Notes under the pieces: model-generated | What the model saw: the letters and a program-made list of their open reading frames with translations, nothing else | Told to the model about the DNA's origin: nothing | Databases searched by the model: none | Part shown: piece after piece, positions 34,008-46,009 of the stretch | Layout: every line of letters starts with the position of its first letter | How positions within the stretch are numbered: the stretch's first letter is position 1 | Assembly: GCA_050633305.1 (NCBI GenBank) | Contig: JBOEGF010000018.1 | Location: forward strand, 672,001-736,000 | Direction of reading: 5' to 3' | DNA length: 64,000 nucleotides | From: Nannocystales bacterium | GTDB taxonomy: Bacteria; Myxococcota_A; Polyangia; Nannocystales; Nannocystaceae | Made by a program: the position numbers and the translations under genes

Positions 34008-36014
34008 GCGCGGCCCGGGGATTCGGTCGTTTCCGCGGCGGACGGTGATCTGGAGCTGATCGAAGTGTTCCATCAGCGGCACGGCGAACTTGCGGCTGAG
34101 CCCGGTCATGGCCTTGAGCGCCTGCACATCGATGGTGCCCGACGCCGCCAGGTGCTCTCGCACGCCGACGAGCAAGCTCTCATGGCTCTGCTTGCTGAAC
34201 GACAAGTCGGCGGTGACCCGGATGAGTCGGCCGGTTCGTTGTAGTCCGCTCACCAGCTCCAACACCTCGGCCGCGGCCAACTCCAAGGACTCGGCCACCT
34301 CCTTGAGTGTGGGCGGTTTGTTCTGGGCGGCCTCGTACAGATCGAGGACCTTCTTCATTCGGGGCGGCAACTCGCCTCCCGCCGCGAGCCCTTTGCCTGG
34401 GCGTGCGAGCGTTCCGGCTTCATCCACGCCTCGCAGTGCTCCTCGTTCGACGGCCCGGTCGATGGCCGCGGCCGCCACGTCGGTCGCCACGCGCTTGCCC
34501 AGCGCGGCTTCGAGGGCAGGCCTGGCCATCCCCGTCTTCAGAGGCTGCGAGCCATGAAACTTGTCGACCGTGGAGATCGCCCGGTCGATCAGCGTCCGAA
34601 TCGCGGAGTCTTCGACGTAGCGGTCGTGGCCGATGCGGGCGGCATACGGCTTCTTCCCCTTGAGCAGTGGGTCGATCGCCGAGCGCACGTCATCCATGCC
34701 CGTGCGTCGGGCAAGCGTCGTTTCGTCAATGCCCAGCAGTCCCGCGTCCTGCACGAGCGCTTCGAGTTGGGCCCGGGGATCGTCGCCATGCAGGGCCCGC
34801 CCCAGAGCGATCCAACGCGGTCGCTGACCACGGCCCGCGGATGGTTCGGGGTCCAGAACGACGCCTCCACCGATCGTCCGGCCTTGATAGTTCTCCGACG
34901 GGTCCGAAAAGGCGCGGACCACAACCCGTGCGCCTCGCCACAGGGGAAGGGGCGTCTCCAAGCGAAACCGGACCAGGCCTTCGCGGCCGCTCTCGATCGA
35001 AACATCTTCTCCGGACGTGTCGGCGGCCTCGCCCTCGAGCGGCTGAACGTACAGCGGGTCGAGTTTCCCGTTGGTATAGGCCGTTCCTACGCACACTTGC
35101 AGTGCGCTCCCAGACTTCCACGGTGCTCCATGGGTCGGAAGGTGTTGCAACCACGCGTGGAAAACCGTCTGCCGGGAGACGGCATCTCCAGCCGTGAGCA
35201 CGTCCCCACGAGATAGGTCCTTCGTTTCGACACCGCCAAGGTTGAGTGCGATGCGAGAGCCCGCCCCGATTCTGTCTTGGGCATCGCCGCGGACTTGAGC
35301 CGCGCGTGTCCGGAGCTGCTGCGGCACACGTCCATCGCCGACCGGCTCGAGCCGTAGCGGGGTCTCTTTGCCAACATCCACCACGCCGCGTTGCAGCGTC
35401 CCCGTGACGACGGTTCCGTGGCCGCGGATCGAGAAGACGCGATCCAGCGGGAGAATCGGATCGCCCTTGGTGCCCCGCCGCGGAACGTGCTCGATCAGTT
35501 TCACGATGGCGGAGCGGAGCGTGTCCAGCCCCTCCTTGGTGTGTGAGCTGCACGGAATGATCGGCGAACTCTCGAAGATCGTCCCGGCCAGCGCTTCCCG
35601 GACATCATCCGCGGCCAGTTCAATCGCCTCTTCGTCGCCATCGAGGCGGTCGACCTTACTCAGAGCAACGACGCCGTGTTTGACCCCGAGCAGCCGGCAC
35701 ACGTTGATGTGCTCCCGCGTTTGCGGCATGACGCCGTCCTCGGCCGAGACCACCAGGATGACCACGTCGATGCCACCGGCCCCGGCGACCATCGTTCGGA
35801 CGAAGTTCTCGTGTCCGGGGACATCCACGATCGACGCTTCGAGCCCGGCCTTGATCGGCCACGGTGCGAAGCCGAGCTCGATCGTGATGCCGCGTCGCTT
35901 CTCTTCGGGCAGGCGGTCGGTGTCGGTGCCGGTCAGAGCACGCACCAGCGTCGTCTTGCCGTGGTCGATGTGCCCCGCGGTCCCGAGAACCAGGGAGCGC
36001 GGGGCTTTAGCCAT
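34002..36014 (-). CDS. selB: Selenocysteine-specific translation elongation factor
   Basis: [34 protein letters not shown] and C-terminal winged helix [15 protein letters not shown]. Confidence 0.96.
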   Translation of the reverse strand: MAKAPRSLVLGTAGHIDHGKTTLVRALTGTDTDRLPEEKRRGITIELGFAPWPIKAGLEASIVDVPGHENFVRTMVAGAGGIDVVILVVSAEDGVMPQTREHINVCRLLGVKHGVVALSKVDRLDGDEEAIELAADDVREALAGTIFESSPIIPCSSHTKEGLDTLRSAIVKLIEHVPRRGTKGDPILPLDRVFSIRGHGTVVTGTLQRGVVDVGKETPLRLEPVGDGRVPQQLRTRAAQVRGDAQDRIGAGSRIALNLGGVETKDLSRGDVLTAGDAVSRQTVFHAWLQHLPTHGAPWKSGSALQVCVGTAYTNGKLDPLYVQPLEGEAADTSGEDVSIESGREGLVRFRLETPLPLWRGARVVVRAFSDPSENYQGRTIGGGVVLDPEPSAGRGQRPRWIALGRALHGDDPRAQLEALVQDAGLLGIDETTLARRTGMDDVRSAIDPLLKGKKPYAARIGHDRYVEDSAIRTLIDRAISTVDKFHGSQPLKTGMARPALEAALGKRVATDVAAAAIDRAVERGALRGVDEAGTLARPGKGLAAGGELPPRMKKVLDLYEAAQNKPPTLKEVAESLELAAAEVLELVSGLQRTGRLIRVTADLSFSKQSHESLLVGVREHLAASGTIDVQALKAMTGLSRKFAVPLMEHFDQLQITVRRGNDRIPGPRA

Positions 36015-36112
36015 GTCGGCGAGTGTCGTCCCCTGCGCGCCATCGGACAAGCCCAGCCGCTGTCTGTGCGGCGCTGTGCCGCCAAGCGTCGGTGGTGCTA
36101 CCCTGGCGCAGT

Positions 36113-37195
36113 ATGGGCCAGGCTGAGACGACGCCGCTGCCGGGCGCGATTGGGCGCTACCGCATCACCCGCAAGATCGGCGAGGGCGGCATGGGCGTGG
36201 TCTACGCGGGGTTCGATCCCGAGCTGCAACGCGATGTCGCGGTCAAACTCATCCGCTCTGGCCGGTTCAGGGGCAACGTGCAACTCGCCAGCGATCGTTT
36301 GCGCCGGGAGGCTCAGATCACCGCTCAGCTCGCACACCCCAATGTCGTGACGATCTACGATGTGGGCGAGTCCGACGACGGTGTCTACATCGCGATGGAG
36401 CTCGTCGACGGCCCATCCCTCGCGCGCTGGATGCGGCAGGATGCCCGGACCTGGCGGGAGGTCGTTTCGATGTTCTTCGGTGCAGGACGCGGGTTGGCCG
36501 CGGCCCATGACGAAGGCCTCATTCATCGCGACTTCAAGCCGTCCAACGTGCTGGTCGGGGACCGACGGGCCCGGGTCGTGGACTTCGGGCTTGCCCACGA
36601 TGGGCCGGTTCGGGGTCGTCCTCCAGCGCCGACGGCTGATGTTTTGTCCACCGCACCCAGCGACAGCAGCCGGGGTCGGGTTGACGACATCCTCACGACC
36701 TCTTCGGTCAGCACGACGACCAACGGCGTAGGCGATGTGTCGGTGACGATCTCCTCGCTCCGTGATGCCGCGCCCGGAGACGACGTCGAGACGACAAGCG
36801 CCGATGCGATGACGATCACCACCGATGGTGACGACCCAGTGACGGTCGAGGGCAGCGTCACGACCACCGGGCACTTTATCGGCACTCCCGCCTACATGGC
36901 AGCCGAGCAGTTCCTCGGTGGTGACGCCGACGCGCGGAGCGACCAGTTTTCGTTTTGCGTCTCTTTGTACGAAGGCCTCTACGGCGAGCGTCCGTTCGCA
37001 GGGAGGACAGCCTCGGAGATCGCCCGTAACGTCGTCGCAGGCAATATCCGAGCGACTCCGGGGCGGGCGCGCGTTCCCGGCTGGATTCGAAACATCCTGC
37101 TGCGCGGACTCGATCCAGACCCGGCGCAACGGCACGAATCGGTCAAGGCGCTGCTTGCGTCGGTCTGGTTCACGGCACGAATCATGTTCGATTGA
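36113..37195 (+). CDS. Ser/Thr protein kinase (Hanks type), cytoplasmic
   Basis: [35 protein letters not shown] and SDQFSF. Confidence 0.95.
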   Translation: MGQAETTPLPGAIGRYRITRKIGEGGMGVVYAGFDPELQRDVAVKLIRSGRFRGNVQLASDRLRREAQITAQLAHPNVVTIYDVGESDDGVYIAMELVDGPSLARWMRQDARTWREVVSMFFGAGRGLAAAHDEGLIHRDFKPSNVLVGDRRARVVDFGLAHDGPVRGRPPAPTADVLSTAPSDSSRGRVDDILTTSSVSTTTNGVGDVSVTISSLRDAAPGDDVETTSADAMTITTDGDDPVTVEGSVTTTGHFIGTPAYMAAEQFLGGDADARSDQFSFCVSLYEGLYGERPFAGRTASEIARNVVAGNIRATPGRARVPGWIRNILLRGLDPDPAQRHESVKALLASVWFTARIMFD

Positions 37196-37258
37196 GCGCA
37201 CGCCGTGTTTTGTGCACGGGGCTTGCAGTGACTCAGGGCGTCTCGACAGGAGTCACCC

Positions 37259-37537
37259 ATGATCGCTCTCGACCGTTCCCCCCCGCGTGCCCTTGGTCCT
37301 CTCGCCACCGCCGTCTACGGCGTCCTCGACAAGTACACGTCGTTTCCGTGGCCGGTGCTCAAGGCACAGTGTCGTCGCAACGGGATCGATCCGCTGAACT
37401 TGTCACCGGCCATGTTGGGCGCGTTGATTCAAGACCTCGCGTTGGCAGTCGGTCGCTTCAACTCGATGTCCGCGGGTCTCTCGGTGCGCCGTGACCTGGT
37501 TGCGCTGCTTCGGGCTGAGACCAACCGATTGCCCTAG
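37259..37537 (+). CDS. Small hypothetical helical protein
   Basis: 92-aa ORF with an AGGAG RBS, filling the gap between neighbours. Confidence 0.6.
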   Translation: MIALDRSPPRALGPLATAVYGVLDKYTSFPWPVLKAQCRRNGIDPLNLSPAMLGALIQDLALAVGRFNSMSAGLSVRRDLVALLRAETNRLP

Positions 37538-37645
37538 TCCTCGGTTCTGCAGCTCCGCACGCCCGATTCCGGTCCCTTCGATATCCGGCCCTGGCCGGGC
37601 TTGGGAGGCCGATCTGCCGCCGGCCTTGCTGGATCCCGGGCGTCC

Positions 37646-39118
37646 ATGCCATCCCTGCCGTTGATGCGTCTGCGCAGTGCGGCGATAGGTCTCCTCGGTC
37701 TCGCGATCTACGCGTGGTCTGCGGAGGCGTCGGCCAAGGGCAAGCCCAAGAAGACCTGCGAGGTCGAGGTCGCTTCGGGCGACACCCTCAGCGGCATCGC
37801 GGCCAAGCACGGGGTCAGCGAGAAGGCGCTCATCTCAGGCAACCCTGCGCTCAAGAAAAACCCGAATCTTCTGCGCGTCGGTCAGGTCGTCAGCGTTTGC
37901 GTGGACCCGCCCGATGGTGGCGGTTCGGACTCAAAGTCCGGCAAGGCCAAGGGCAAGGCCAACGCGAGCAAGCCCAAGCGTGGTCGTTCGTGCGAAGGCG
38001 GCGGCGAGATCACGAAGCACGAGGTCGCTTCGGGAGACACCCTGAGCCGAATCGCGCGAACCTACGCGGTCAAAGAAAGCTCCATCACGCGCCACAACAA
38101 GGCGCTTCGTGCCGACCCCAACAAACTGAGGGTCGGGCAGGAGATCAACGTCTGCGTGTCCGGGGGAAGCGTAGGCTCTGCGAAGAAGTCGAAGGCCTGC
38201 GACTACATCACCCCGGTCCACACCCACACCGTCGTCCCCGGCGAGCATCTGGGTCAGGTCGCGGGTCGGTACGGCGTCCGAAAACGCGACCTCACCAAAC
38301 TCAACGCGAGGCTTCGCAAGAATCCGGACATGCTCAGGGTGGGGCAGAGTATTCGTGTTTGCCCGGTCATCGCACCCCGCGAACGGACCAAGATCAGCTA
38401 CACGGTCCAGTCCGGCGACAACCTGGGCACCATCGCGCAACGGTACGGGCTCACGCCGAGCGAGCTCGAACGCTACCAGCGAGGGAAGCTCAAGAACCCC
38501 AACGCGTTGCGGGAGGGGCAGTCTCTGACGGTCTGGGCGGATGGCGACGTGGTCGAAGGATTCGCGCGGATCGACCGCGACAAGGGCAAGCTCAAGGCGG
38601 GCGTCCAGCTGCCCCCGGGACGGCACTACGTCGTCAAGTGGGAAGCAGGCGCGTGGGGAACCGGCAAGACCGTCCGCGTGATTCAGTCCGCCGTCGCGAG
38701 CTACAAGCGCAAGCAACCCGGCGGGCCCAAGGTCCACATCGGGGACATCAGCAAGCGTGGCGGCGGCAAGTTCCGACCACACCTCTCCCACCAGCACGGG
38801 CGGGATGTGGACATCGGCTATGTGCTCGAGGGCAAGTATGCCCACGAAAAGCGGTTCCACACCGCGGTCAACGGCAACCTGGACATCGCGCGAACCTGGA
38901 CGCTGATCAAGGCGTTCGTCGACTCAGGCGAGGTCACGTACATCTTCATGGACTATCGAATCCAAGAGAAGCTGTACAAGTACGCCCAGAAGCGCGGGTA
39001 CAGCGAAGACACGCTCGATGAGCTGTTTCAGTACCCTCGTGGCAAGCGTCGGACGCACGGCCTCATCCGGCATTGGAAGGGGCATCACAACCACTTCCAC
39101 GTCCGCTTCCGAAAGTAG
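37646..39118 (+). CDS. 4xLysM + penicillin-insensitive murein endopeptidase (MepA-like)
   Basis: Four VxxG(D/E)xLxxxAxxxG..LRxGQ LysM units, GDISKRGGG, HLSHQHGRDVDI and HHNHFHVRF. Confidence 0.9.
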   Translation: MPSLPLMRLRSAAIGLLGLAIYAWSAEASAKGKPKKTCEVEVASGDTLSGIAAKHGVSEKALISGNPALKKNPNLLRVGQVVSVCVDPPDGGGSDSKSGKAKGKANASKPKRGRSCEGGGEITKHEVASGDTLSRIARTYAVKESSITRHNKALRADPNKLRVGQEINVCVSGGSVGSAKKSKACDYITPVHTHTVVPGEHLGQVAGRYGVRKRDLTKLNARLRKNPDMLRVGQSIRVCPVIAPRERTKISYTVQSGDNLGTIAQRYGLTPSELERYQRGKLKNPNALREGQSLTVWADGDVVEGFARIDRDKGKLKAGVQLPPGRHYVVKWEAGAWGTGKTVRVIQSAVASYKRKQPGGPKVHIGDISKRGGGKFRPHLSHQHGRDVDIGYVLEGKYAHEKRFHTAVNGNLDIARTWTLIKAFVDSGEVTYIFMDYRIQEKLYKYAQKRGYSEDTLDELFQYPRGKRRTHGLIRHWKGHHNHFHVRFRK

Positions 39119-39127
39119 CCCGAAGCA

Positions 39128-40294
39128 CTACCCCGTGGCTTCGACGATGAGAAGCAGCGTCCACAAGACGTTCGCCTCGTCATCGGTGCACTGCGCTTGG
39201 AGCGGGATGCCGAACGAAGTCACGTCGAGGACGAAGCTGCACGCACCCATGCTGTCGTCCGCGTTGAGGTCGTCGTCCCAGACTTCGTAGAGCCCAGGCA
39301 TCAAGAGCTCCTTGGTGGAGATGTCTTGCAGGATCGCCTCGTTCCACTCTGGTGTGACGGTGTTGGCGATGAACCCGGTCGAGTCCGTCGTGTCGCCGAA
39401 CGTCAGGGTGACGAAGGGGTCGGGCAGCCCGCCGAGGCTGTCCCAAGCGTCGCCGAGCGAGTTGGCGTCCGCGGTTGTTGCGGACAGGACCATGACCTGC
39501 CAAAGCGCCTCGGCGTTGGCTTCGCAGTCGCCGTTGCAGGAGGTGCCGAACGGGCACGTCGCGCAGACCGAGCCCGCCGCGCCGCACGACGCATCGGAAG
39601 CTCCATCGAGGCAGGTATCTCCATCGCAGCAGCCGTCGCAGCTCTCGGCGCAGGCGGAAGAGAGACAAGAGCCCTCGGAGCATGAGAACCCGGATCCGCA
39701 GTTCTCGCAGGTTGCGCCTTGAGCTCCACACGCCGCTGCGCCGGTTGACTCGAGCGGGACGCAGTCTCCGGTTGCATCGCAGCATCCGTCGCAGGTCGTC
39801 TCGCACGGAGGCTCGCACGAGCCCTCGTTGCACGTGCTCCCAGGCGAGCACACCGAACACTGGAAACCATCGTCTCCGCACCCGTCCAGCTCCGTGCCGG
39901 CGCGGCATTCGTCCCCGTCGCAGCAACCGTCGCAGTTGTCGGGGGTGCAGGCGGGAAGTGCCACGCACTGGCCTTCGTCGCAGAACGACGCGGCGTCACA
40001 CGCGACGCACGCCGCCGCAAGGACGCCACAAGCTTGGTCGAGGTCCCCGGCGAGGCATCCGCCGGCTGCGTCGAGACAGCCCATGCACCCGCCGTCAGAG
40101 GCGCTCGAGGGATCGCCGGTGTCATCCGGATCGACCGTGTCCCCTCCGGAGGTGTCGCTGGACTCGACCGGTCCGTCCGTCGCTCCACCACTCTCTGCTG
40201 GTTCGGTGAAGCAGCCGGGGAGCGGACCGAGCACGCCAACCGTCAGGAGGAGGCCTGCGCTCAGACCCCGTGCATCTGAGGCTAGAAGTGGCAC
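39128..40294 (-). CDS. Cys-rich repeat lipoprotein with C-terminal C2-like domain
   Basis: PGC lipobox, repeated CDGCC..C..CG..G..C..C units, and PDPFV..TPEWNE..VWDDD..DDSMG. Confidence 0.75.
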   Translation of the reverse strand: MPLLASDARGLSAGLLLTVGVLGPLPGCFTEPAESGGATDGPVESSDTSGGDTVDPDDTGDPSSASDGGCMGCLDAAGGCLAGDLDQACGVLAAACVACDAASFCDEGQCVALPACTPDNCDGCCDGDECRAGTELDGCGDDGFQCSVCSPGSTCNEGSCEPPCETTCDGCCDATGDCVPLESTGAAACGAQGATCENCGSGFSCSEGSCLSSACAESCDGCCDGDTCLDGASDASCGAAGSVCATCPFGTSCNGDCEANAEALWQVMVLSATTADANSLGDAWDSLGGLPDPFVTLTFGDTTDSTGFIANTVTPEWNEAILQDISTKELLMPGLYEVWDDDLNADDSMGACSFVLDVTSFGIPLQAQCTDDEANVLWTLLLIVEATG

Positions 40295-41043
40295 TCCACC
40301 ACCATCGCGGTGATGTTGTCGGTACCGCCGGCCTCGTTGGCGCGATCGATCAGCTCGCCAACGGCCGCTTCGAGGTCCTGGTTTCGCTTCGTGATGTCGT
40401 GGATCTGCTCGTCCGTCAGCATTCCGGACAGCCCGTCGCTACAGAGCACGAAGCGGTCGCCGTCTTCGAGGTCCACGCGAGCGATATCGACGACGACGTT
40501 GTCACGCATGCCCAGCGCTCGGGTGATGACGTTCTTGTGGGGGAAGTTTCGGGCTTCCTCCTCGGTCATGTCCGGTCGAGCCTCTTTGTAGTCCTCGAGC
40601 AGAGAGTGGTCGCGTGTCAGCAGGTGAATGATGCCGTCGCGGACGCGATAGACCCGGGAGTCACCAACGTGGGCGACGAAGGCCGAGTTGCCCTTGATGA
40701 TGAACGACACCAGGGTCGTACCCATCCCTCGCAGCTGGGGGTTCTTGGCCGCGCTCTCGTGGATCTTTGCGTTGGCCAACCGGATCGAAGCGACCAGCCG
40801 GTTCTCCACGTAGGACAAGTTGTGGTCGTAGCGGTAGGGCCACGTCGCATCTTGATCCTTGCTGTGGCGGTAGAACTCGCCCATCACCTCGGCGGCGAGC
40901 TTGCTCGCTACCTCGCCCGACGCGTGGCCGCCCATGCCGTCGGCGACCATGAAGAGCTGCTCATCTTCGATCAACGCGAAGTAGTCCTCGTTGTGAGTCC
41001 TCTTCATGCCGACGTCGGTCTTGGCCGCGTATCGGATTCGCAC
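40282..41043 (-). CDS. PP2C-family Ser/Thr phosphatase (Stp1/IreP-like)
   Basis: [31 protein letters not shown] and GGTDNIT. Confidence 0.96.
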   Translation of the reverse strand: MRIRYAAKTDVGMKRTHNEDYFALIEDEQLFMVADGMGGHASGEVASKLAAEVMGEFYRHSKDQDATWPYRYDHNLSYVENRLVASIRLANAKIHESAAKNPQLRGMGTTLVSFIIKGNSAFVAHVGDSRVYRVRDGIIHLLTRDHSLLEDYKEARPDMTEEEARNFPHKNVITRALGMRDNVVVDIARVDLEDGDRFVLCSDGLSGMLTDEQIHDITKRNQDLEAAVGELIDRANEAGGTDNITAMVVECHF

Positions 41044-41184
41044 CTCGGAGGCATCCTAGCGGACCGGCGAGGGGGAACCAAGGGGGGAGCACCGGACGGA
41101 GGTACCCGGATTTCCCTTGCGAAACGTGAGCTTGACTTCTGTTCAGTGTTTCGTCAGAGTCAGTGCCCCCGCAACGTGGCTGCC

Positions 41185-42546
41185 GTGCACGAACCTGAAT
41201 CTCAGACTTCCCCAGCCCCCCGCCGCGCTTGCGTCGGGCGTCTGGTTGCGGTGGGAGACGAGTTGCTCAGTGGCGATACCGTCAACACGAACGCGACAGA
41301 CCTCGCGTCCCGGTGTCGCGAGTTGGGTATCACGCTCGACCGCGTCGTCACCGTGCGCGATCGCATCGAAGAGATCAGCGCAGCGATCCGCCAATCCGCA
41401 GACGCGGATGTTTGCTTCGTCTGCGGCGGCTTGGGACCGACCTCGGACGACCGAACGGCCGAAGCCGTCGCCCATGCGGCAGGGGTCGAGCTCAAGCGGG
41501 ACGATGCCGCAGTGGAGCGACTCAAAGCCAAGTTCGCCGCGATGGGCTACGAGATGCCCGCGATGAATCTCAAGCAGGCCGATTTTCCGGCCACCGCCAC
41601 GATCGTCGCCAACCCGATCGGCTCGGCTGAGGGCTTCATGGTCCCGGTGCCGACGGCGGGAGGATGCCCGGTGTACGCCATGCCCGGGGTGCCCCGCGAG
41701 ATGCGTCGCATGTTCGACACGGAGATCGGGCCTGCGCTCGCCAAGCGGTTCGAGCTCTCACCCACGCCGCGTCGGATCTATCGCGCGTTGGGGCGAGGGG
41801 AATCGTCGTTGGCCCACGCGATCGAGCCGATCGTCCAGCAGGCGCGCGAGCGAGCGGGACTCGAATCCTTGTTCGTGCACTACCGGGCCACGTCGCCTCA
41901 GGTGCTCGTCGTACTCGAGGCCGGATCCTCTGTGGGCTCAAACGCCGAGGTGCAGGCGGCTCTGGGCGAACTCGACGCGCAGATCGTCGAGGCGATGGAG
42001 CCGGCGATCTACGGAGTCGGAGAGGAGACGCTCGCCGAACGGGTCGTCGATGCCCTGGGGCGCGCTGGCTTGCGGCTATGCACCGCCGAGTCGTGCACCG
42101 CCGGTGGTCTCGGTGCCACGATTACGGCGGTCCCAGGGTCGTCGGCGGTCTTCGACGGTGGCGTCATCTCCTACGCCAACGCGGTCAAGATCGGTCTGCT
42201 CGGGGTCGATCCTCAGGTTCTGGAAACGCACGGCGCCGTGAGTGAGCCGGTCGCGCGCGCGATGGCTGAAGGCGCGCGCAAAGCGACAGGATCCGATCTC
42301 TCCGTCTCCATCACCGGAATCGCGGGGCCCGATGGTGGCTCCGCCGAAAAGCCGGTAGGAACCGTCCATATCGACGTCTTCGATGGGGACGTCCACCTCC
42401 ACAAGAAACTCAAACTCCGCGGCAACCGTGGCAATGTTCGCCACTGCTCCCACCAATGGGCCCTCAAGCTCGTTTGGGATCGCCTCTGCGCACGCGGCCT
42501 CGCATCAGCCGTTTCCAGTTCACACCCTCAGGAGCCCCTGTCATGA
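41185..42546 (+). CDS. cinA: Competence/damage-inducible protein A (MoCF domain + PncC)
   Basis: [37 protein letters not shown] and [17 protein letters not shown]. Confidence 0.92.
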   Translation: MHEPESQTSPAPRRACVGRLVAVGDELLSGDTVNTNATDLASRCRELGITLDRVVTVRDRIEEISAAIRQSADADVCFVCGGLGPTSDDRTAEAVAHAAGVELKRDDAAVERLKAKFAAMGYEMPAMNLKQADFPATATIVANPIGSAEGFMVPVPTAGGCPVYAMPGVPREMRRMFDTEIGPALAKRFELSPTPRRIYRALGRGESSLAHAIEPIVQQARERAGLESLFVHYRATSPQVLVVLEAGSSVGSNAEVQAALGELDAQIVEAMEPAIYGVGEETLAERVVDALGRAGLRLCTAESCTAGGLGATITAVPGSSAVFDGGVISYANAVKIGLLGVDPQVLETHGAVSEPVARAMAEGARKATGSDLSVSITGIAGPDGGSAEKPVGTVHIDVFDGDVHLHKKLKLRGNRGNVRHCSHQWALKLVWDRLCARGLASAVSSSHPQEPLS

Positions 42547-43673
42547 GCAAGAAGTCCGAACCCAAAGATCCCAAAGCGCAGCGCAACTCGGCCATCGATC
42601 TGGCGCTGGCCACCATCGAGAAGCAGTTCGGCAAGGGGTCGATCATGCGGCTCAACGACGGCAAGACGCCGGGGGGCGAGGTCAAGGTCGTCCCTACGGG
42701 CTGTCTCGCGCTCGACATCGCCACGGGCGTCGGCGGCTTTCCGCGCGGCCGGATCATCGAGATCTACGGACCGGAATCCTCGGGTAAGACCACGATGGCC
42801 CTGCACGCCATCGCAGAAGCCCAACGCATGGGCGGCGTCTGTGCCTTCATCGATGCCGAGCACGCGCTCGATGTTGGCTACGCACGCAAGATCGGTGTGG
42901 GCACCGACGACTTGCTCGTTTCTCAGCCGGACTACGGCGAGCAGGCGCTCGAGATCTGCGACATGCTGGTTCGTTCCGGCGCGGTCGACATCATCGTCGT
43001 CGACTCGGTCGCCGCGCTCACGCCCAAGGCCGAGCTCGAGGGCGACATGGGTGACAGCCACGTCGGTCTCCAGGCCCGGTTGATGAGTCAGGCGCTTCGA
43101 AAGCTGACCGGCTCGATCAACCGTAGCCGCACCATCGTCATCTTCATCAACCAGCTTCGGATGAAGATCGGGGTCATGTTCGGCAGCCCCGAGACCACCA
43201 CCGGTGGCAACGCGCTCAAGTTCTACGCTTCGATGCGCTTGGATATCCGTCGGATCGGCGCCATCAAGACCACCGACGCCGTTGTGGGCAACCGAACCCG
43301 GGTCAAGGTGGTGAAGAACAAGCTCGCGCCTCCGTTCCGCGAGGTCGAATTCGACATCACCTACGGTGAGGGCGTGAGTCGTGAGGGCATGCTCATCGAC
43401 CTGGGTGTCGAGACCAACGTGGTCGACAAAGCGGGCGCGTGGCTCTCGTACAAGGGCGAGCGCATCGGCCAGGGACGCGAGAACGCCAAGGTGTTCCTCA
43501 AGGAGCACCCCGAAATCTCGCAGCGTATCGAAGCCGAGGTCTTGGAGAAGAAAGGCCTCAAGGCCAAGGGCGAGGGCGACGCCGCGGCGGAAGAGCCTTC
43601 GGCACCCACCCCCGTGGAGAAGCCGGTCAAAGAGGTCAAGAGCCGCGGCGGCCGACTCCGGGCTCGCAACTGA
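42543..43673 (+). CDS. recA: Recombinase A
   Basis: [23 protein letters not shown] and [18 protein letters not shown] overlap with cinA. Confidence 0.99.
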   Translation: MSKKSEPKDPKAQRNSAIDLALATIEKQFGKGSIMRLNDGKTPGGEVKVVPTGCLALDIATGVGGFPRGRIIEIYGPESSGKTTMALHAIAEAQRMGGVCAFIDAEHALDVGYARKIGVGTDDLLVSQPDYGEQALEICDMLVRSGAVDIIVVDSVAALTPKAELEGDMGDSHVGLQARLMSQALRKLTGSINRSRTIVIFINQLRMKIGVMFGSPETTTGGNALKFYASMRLDIRRIGAIKTTDAVVGNRTRVKVVKNKLAPPFREVEFDITYGEGVSREGMLIDLGVETNVVDKAGAWLSYKGERIGQGRENAKVFLKEHPEISQRIEAEVLEKKGLKAKGEGDAAAEEPSAPTPVEKPVKEVKSRGGRLRARN

Positions 43674-43680
43674 TCGGTTT

Positions 43681-43743
43681 CCGACAAGACCCTCGCCCCC
43701 AGCGCCTGTCGGTTCTGGGGGCGTTGCTCGTTTCCCTTGTCGG
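43681..43743. terminator. Hairpin between convergent recA and radA
   Basis: cgcccccag/ctgggggcg inner stem plus ccgacaag/cttgtcgg outer stem. Confidence 0.6.
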
Positions 43744-43749
43744 CTTGGG

Positions 43750-45132
43750 TCAGGTCTCGAGGGCGAGCTCGAGCGCTTCACTGACGGTCTTGGGTGCGCG
43801 TACCTTCAAGCCCTTGGGGACCTTCGGAAGTTTTCCCGAGCTGCTGGGGGCGATGAGTGCCCGCTTGAAGCCGAGGCGCGCGGCTTCGGCGAGGCGGTTT
43901 TCGATGCGCGCCGCGTGGCGGAGTTCGCCGGTGAGGCCGATCTCGCCGATCGCAACCATGTCTCCTGGCATGGCGATGCGGCGGTGGCTGGAGGCGACCG
44001 CAAGCATCACCGCGAGGTCGGCCGCAGGTTCGAACAGCCGAACACCGCCGGTGACGTTCACAAACACGTCCTGATCCAGCACAAACTGTCCGCCGTGCCG
44101 GTCGAGCACCGCGAGCATCATGGCGAGGCGCGAAGGATCCACACCGACACTGTTGCGCCTGGGAGAGCCTCCCGGAGAGTTGGCCAGGAGCGCTTGGACC
44201 TCGAGCAACAGGGGGCGCGCGCCCTGCATCGAGACGGTGATGCAAGAGCCCGGTGCGTCGGTCGGCCGTTGCGCGAGGAAGGCCTCCGAAGGGTTGTGAA
44301 TCTCGCGAAGGCCCTCACCGGTCATCTCGAATACGCCCAACTCGAGCGTGCTTCCGAAGCGGTTCTTGGAGGCTCGCAGCAGTCGCGTGGCGCGGTCGTC
44401 GTCGCCTTCGAAGCCCAGCACGGTGTCGACCATGTGCTCGAGCAACCGCGGACCGGCGAGCTGACCGTCCTTGGTGATGTGGCCGACGATGACCACGGGG
44501 ACGTCGTGCTGCTTCGCGAAGCTGATCAGCTGCGTGGAGACGGCGCGGACTTGTCCGGTATTGCCTGGCAGGCCGTCGTTCTCGCTGCTGTAGACGGTCT
44601 GCACCGAGTCAACGACCAGTAGCTCGAGTTCGCCGGCCAGCGACAGCTCGCGTGCCGTACTGAGGATGGTCTCGGTTCGTGTCTCGGCGAGGAGAAGAAG
44701 CCGCTTGCCGTCGGCACCGAGACGTCGCGCCCGGCCGGCGATCTGCTGGAGCGACTCCTCGCCGCTGGCGTACAGCACCGACCGCTTCCCGTTTGCGAGC
44801 CGTGCTGCGACCTGCAGGAGAAGGGTGGACTTTCCGATACCGGGCGCGCCGCCCAACAGCACGACCGAGCCGGGGATGAACCCGCCTCCGAGCACGCGAT
44901 CGACCTCCTGCATCCCGGTGGTGACCCGCGCTTGTTCCTCCCCAACATCACTGAGCGCGACGGCCGCGGCTGTCGTTCCACTGGAGAGGACAACGCGGCC
45001 AGGGGTGGCCTCGGCGGGTTCCGTGACCTCTTCGATTGTGTTCCAAGCGCCACAGGAGGGGCACTTCCCGAACCACCCGGACTGGGTCGATTGGCACTCA
45101 GAGCAGATCCATTGCGACCGGGACTTCGCCAT
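43750..45132 (-). CDS. radA: DNA repair protein RadA/Sms
   Basis: N-terminal C4 zinc finger, GAPGIGKSTL, KNRFG and Lon-like C-terminus. Confidence 0.98.
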   Translation of the reverse strand: MAKSRSQWICSECQSTQSGWFGKCPSCGAWNTIEEVTEPAEATPGRVVLSSGTTAAAVALSDVGEEQARVTTGMQEVDRVLGGGFIPGSVVLLGGAPGIGKSTLLLQVAARLANGKRSVLYASGEESLQQIAGRARRLGADGKRLLLLAETRTETILSTARELSLAGELELLVVDSVQTVYSSENDGLPGNTGQVRAVSTQLISFAKQHDVPVVIVGHITKDGQLAGPRLLEHMVDTVLGFEGDDDRATRLLRASKNRFGSTLELGVFEMTGEGLREIHNPSEAFLAQRPTDAPGSCITVSMQGARPLLLEVQALLANSPGGSPRRNSVGVDPSRLAMMLAVLDRHGGQFVLDQDVFVNVTGGVRLFEPAADLAVMLAVASSHRRIAMPGDMVAIGEIGLTGELRHAARIENRLAEAARLGFKRALIAPSSSGKLPKVPKGLKVRAPKTVSEALELALET

Positions 45133-45238
45133 CGCGGGACCCTAGCAGCCCCGATGTGGCCAGGCCACGGAAGCGGCGACTGGTCGGCAGGTGCCCCACA
45201 CCGACACTGTCTGTGCCGACCGGTGGTCGCGAGGAAGA

Positions 45239-46009
45239 CTACTGTGCGACGGGTTCGTCGAGTTCAGGGACAGCGTCCGCATCGTCGAGTGCGACTGCTG
45301 TCTCACCTGCTGGCGCTGGTGCGAGACCGGCTTGGGGAGCCGCGGAGAGCTCCGCCGCGGGTGCCTCGTCCTGCTCCGTGTTCTCTGCTTGGAAGGCGTC
45401 CTGGTCCAGCTGCGCCCGCGACGTCTTGCCCTTCTTGCGCCGACGACCCTTTTTGGGCTTGGACTGCGGTTTCTTGGACGTCGCGGACGGCCGGGCCAAG
45501 AGCATCGAAGGTCCGTGCCGGGCGACCATTTTCGCGAGGCTCTCTCGCTGCGGGGCGGAGAGCTTGGCGTGCATCGCTTCGAGGACACCCCGCGCGCTGT
45601 TGTCCATCTCGGCGCGGTGAGCCGTCGCGTCTTCGAAGGCCTCGTCGAGCGCCTCGGTGTCGAGCGTGTCTTCTGCGAGCTCCGCCGCGATCTTCGCGTG
45701 GGCTTCCGCGAGCCCCCTGCGCTGACTGCTGGTGTTCTTGCGGTGCTCCTTCACCATGCTCTTAAAGGATGCGAGCTGCGCCTCGTTGCAGTCGATCTTG
45801 GCGCACATCTTCCCTACACCCACGCCGCTCGAGTCCCCGGCCCGCGTCTTCTCGCGCTTTCGCTTGCCCTTGCGCTTCTTGCCTTTCTTGGCCTGCGCCG
45901 TCGCGTCGTCCTTGGCGTCGCCCTCGTCGCCCGCGAAGCCGAAGTACAGGACAACGACGAGCATCACGCCGCCGATCAGAAACCAGGTGTTACGCGATAG
46001 ACCCAACAT
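45239..46009 (-). CDS. Spy/CpxP-like periplasmic helical protein
   Basis: N-terminal TM, then CNEAQ and LSAPQR LTxxQ-like motifs. Confidence 0.55.
   Translation of the reverse strand: MLGLSRNTWFLIGGVMLVVVLYFGFAGDEGDAKDDATAQAKKGKKRKGKRKREKTRAGDSSGVGVGKMCAKIDCNEAQLASFKSMVKEHRKNTSSQRRGLAEAHAKIAAELAEDTLDTEALDEAFEDATAHRAEMDNSARGVLEAMHAKLSAPQRESLAKMVARHGPSMLLARPSATSKKPQSKPKKGRRRKKGKTSRAQLDQDAFQAENTEQDEAPAAELSAAPQAGLAPAPAGETAVALDDADAVPELDEPVAQ

Noticed and set aside
37210..37228. Sigma-54-like promoter (GTGCACG-N4-TTGCA)
   Set aside because: It lacks the invariant -24 GG.
40270..41184. Long N-terminal extensions in the ORF track (CinA 758 aa; also Def 369 aa, FolA 346 aa, DUF58 543 aa, MepA 627 aa)
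   Set aside because: These are stop-poor GC-rich frames overlapping real neighbouring genes. Homology motifs start at internal starts.
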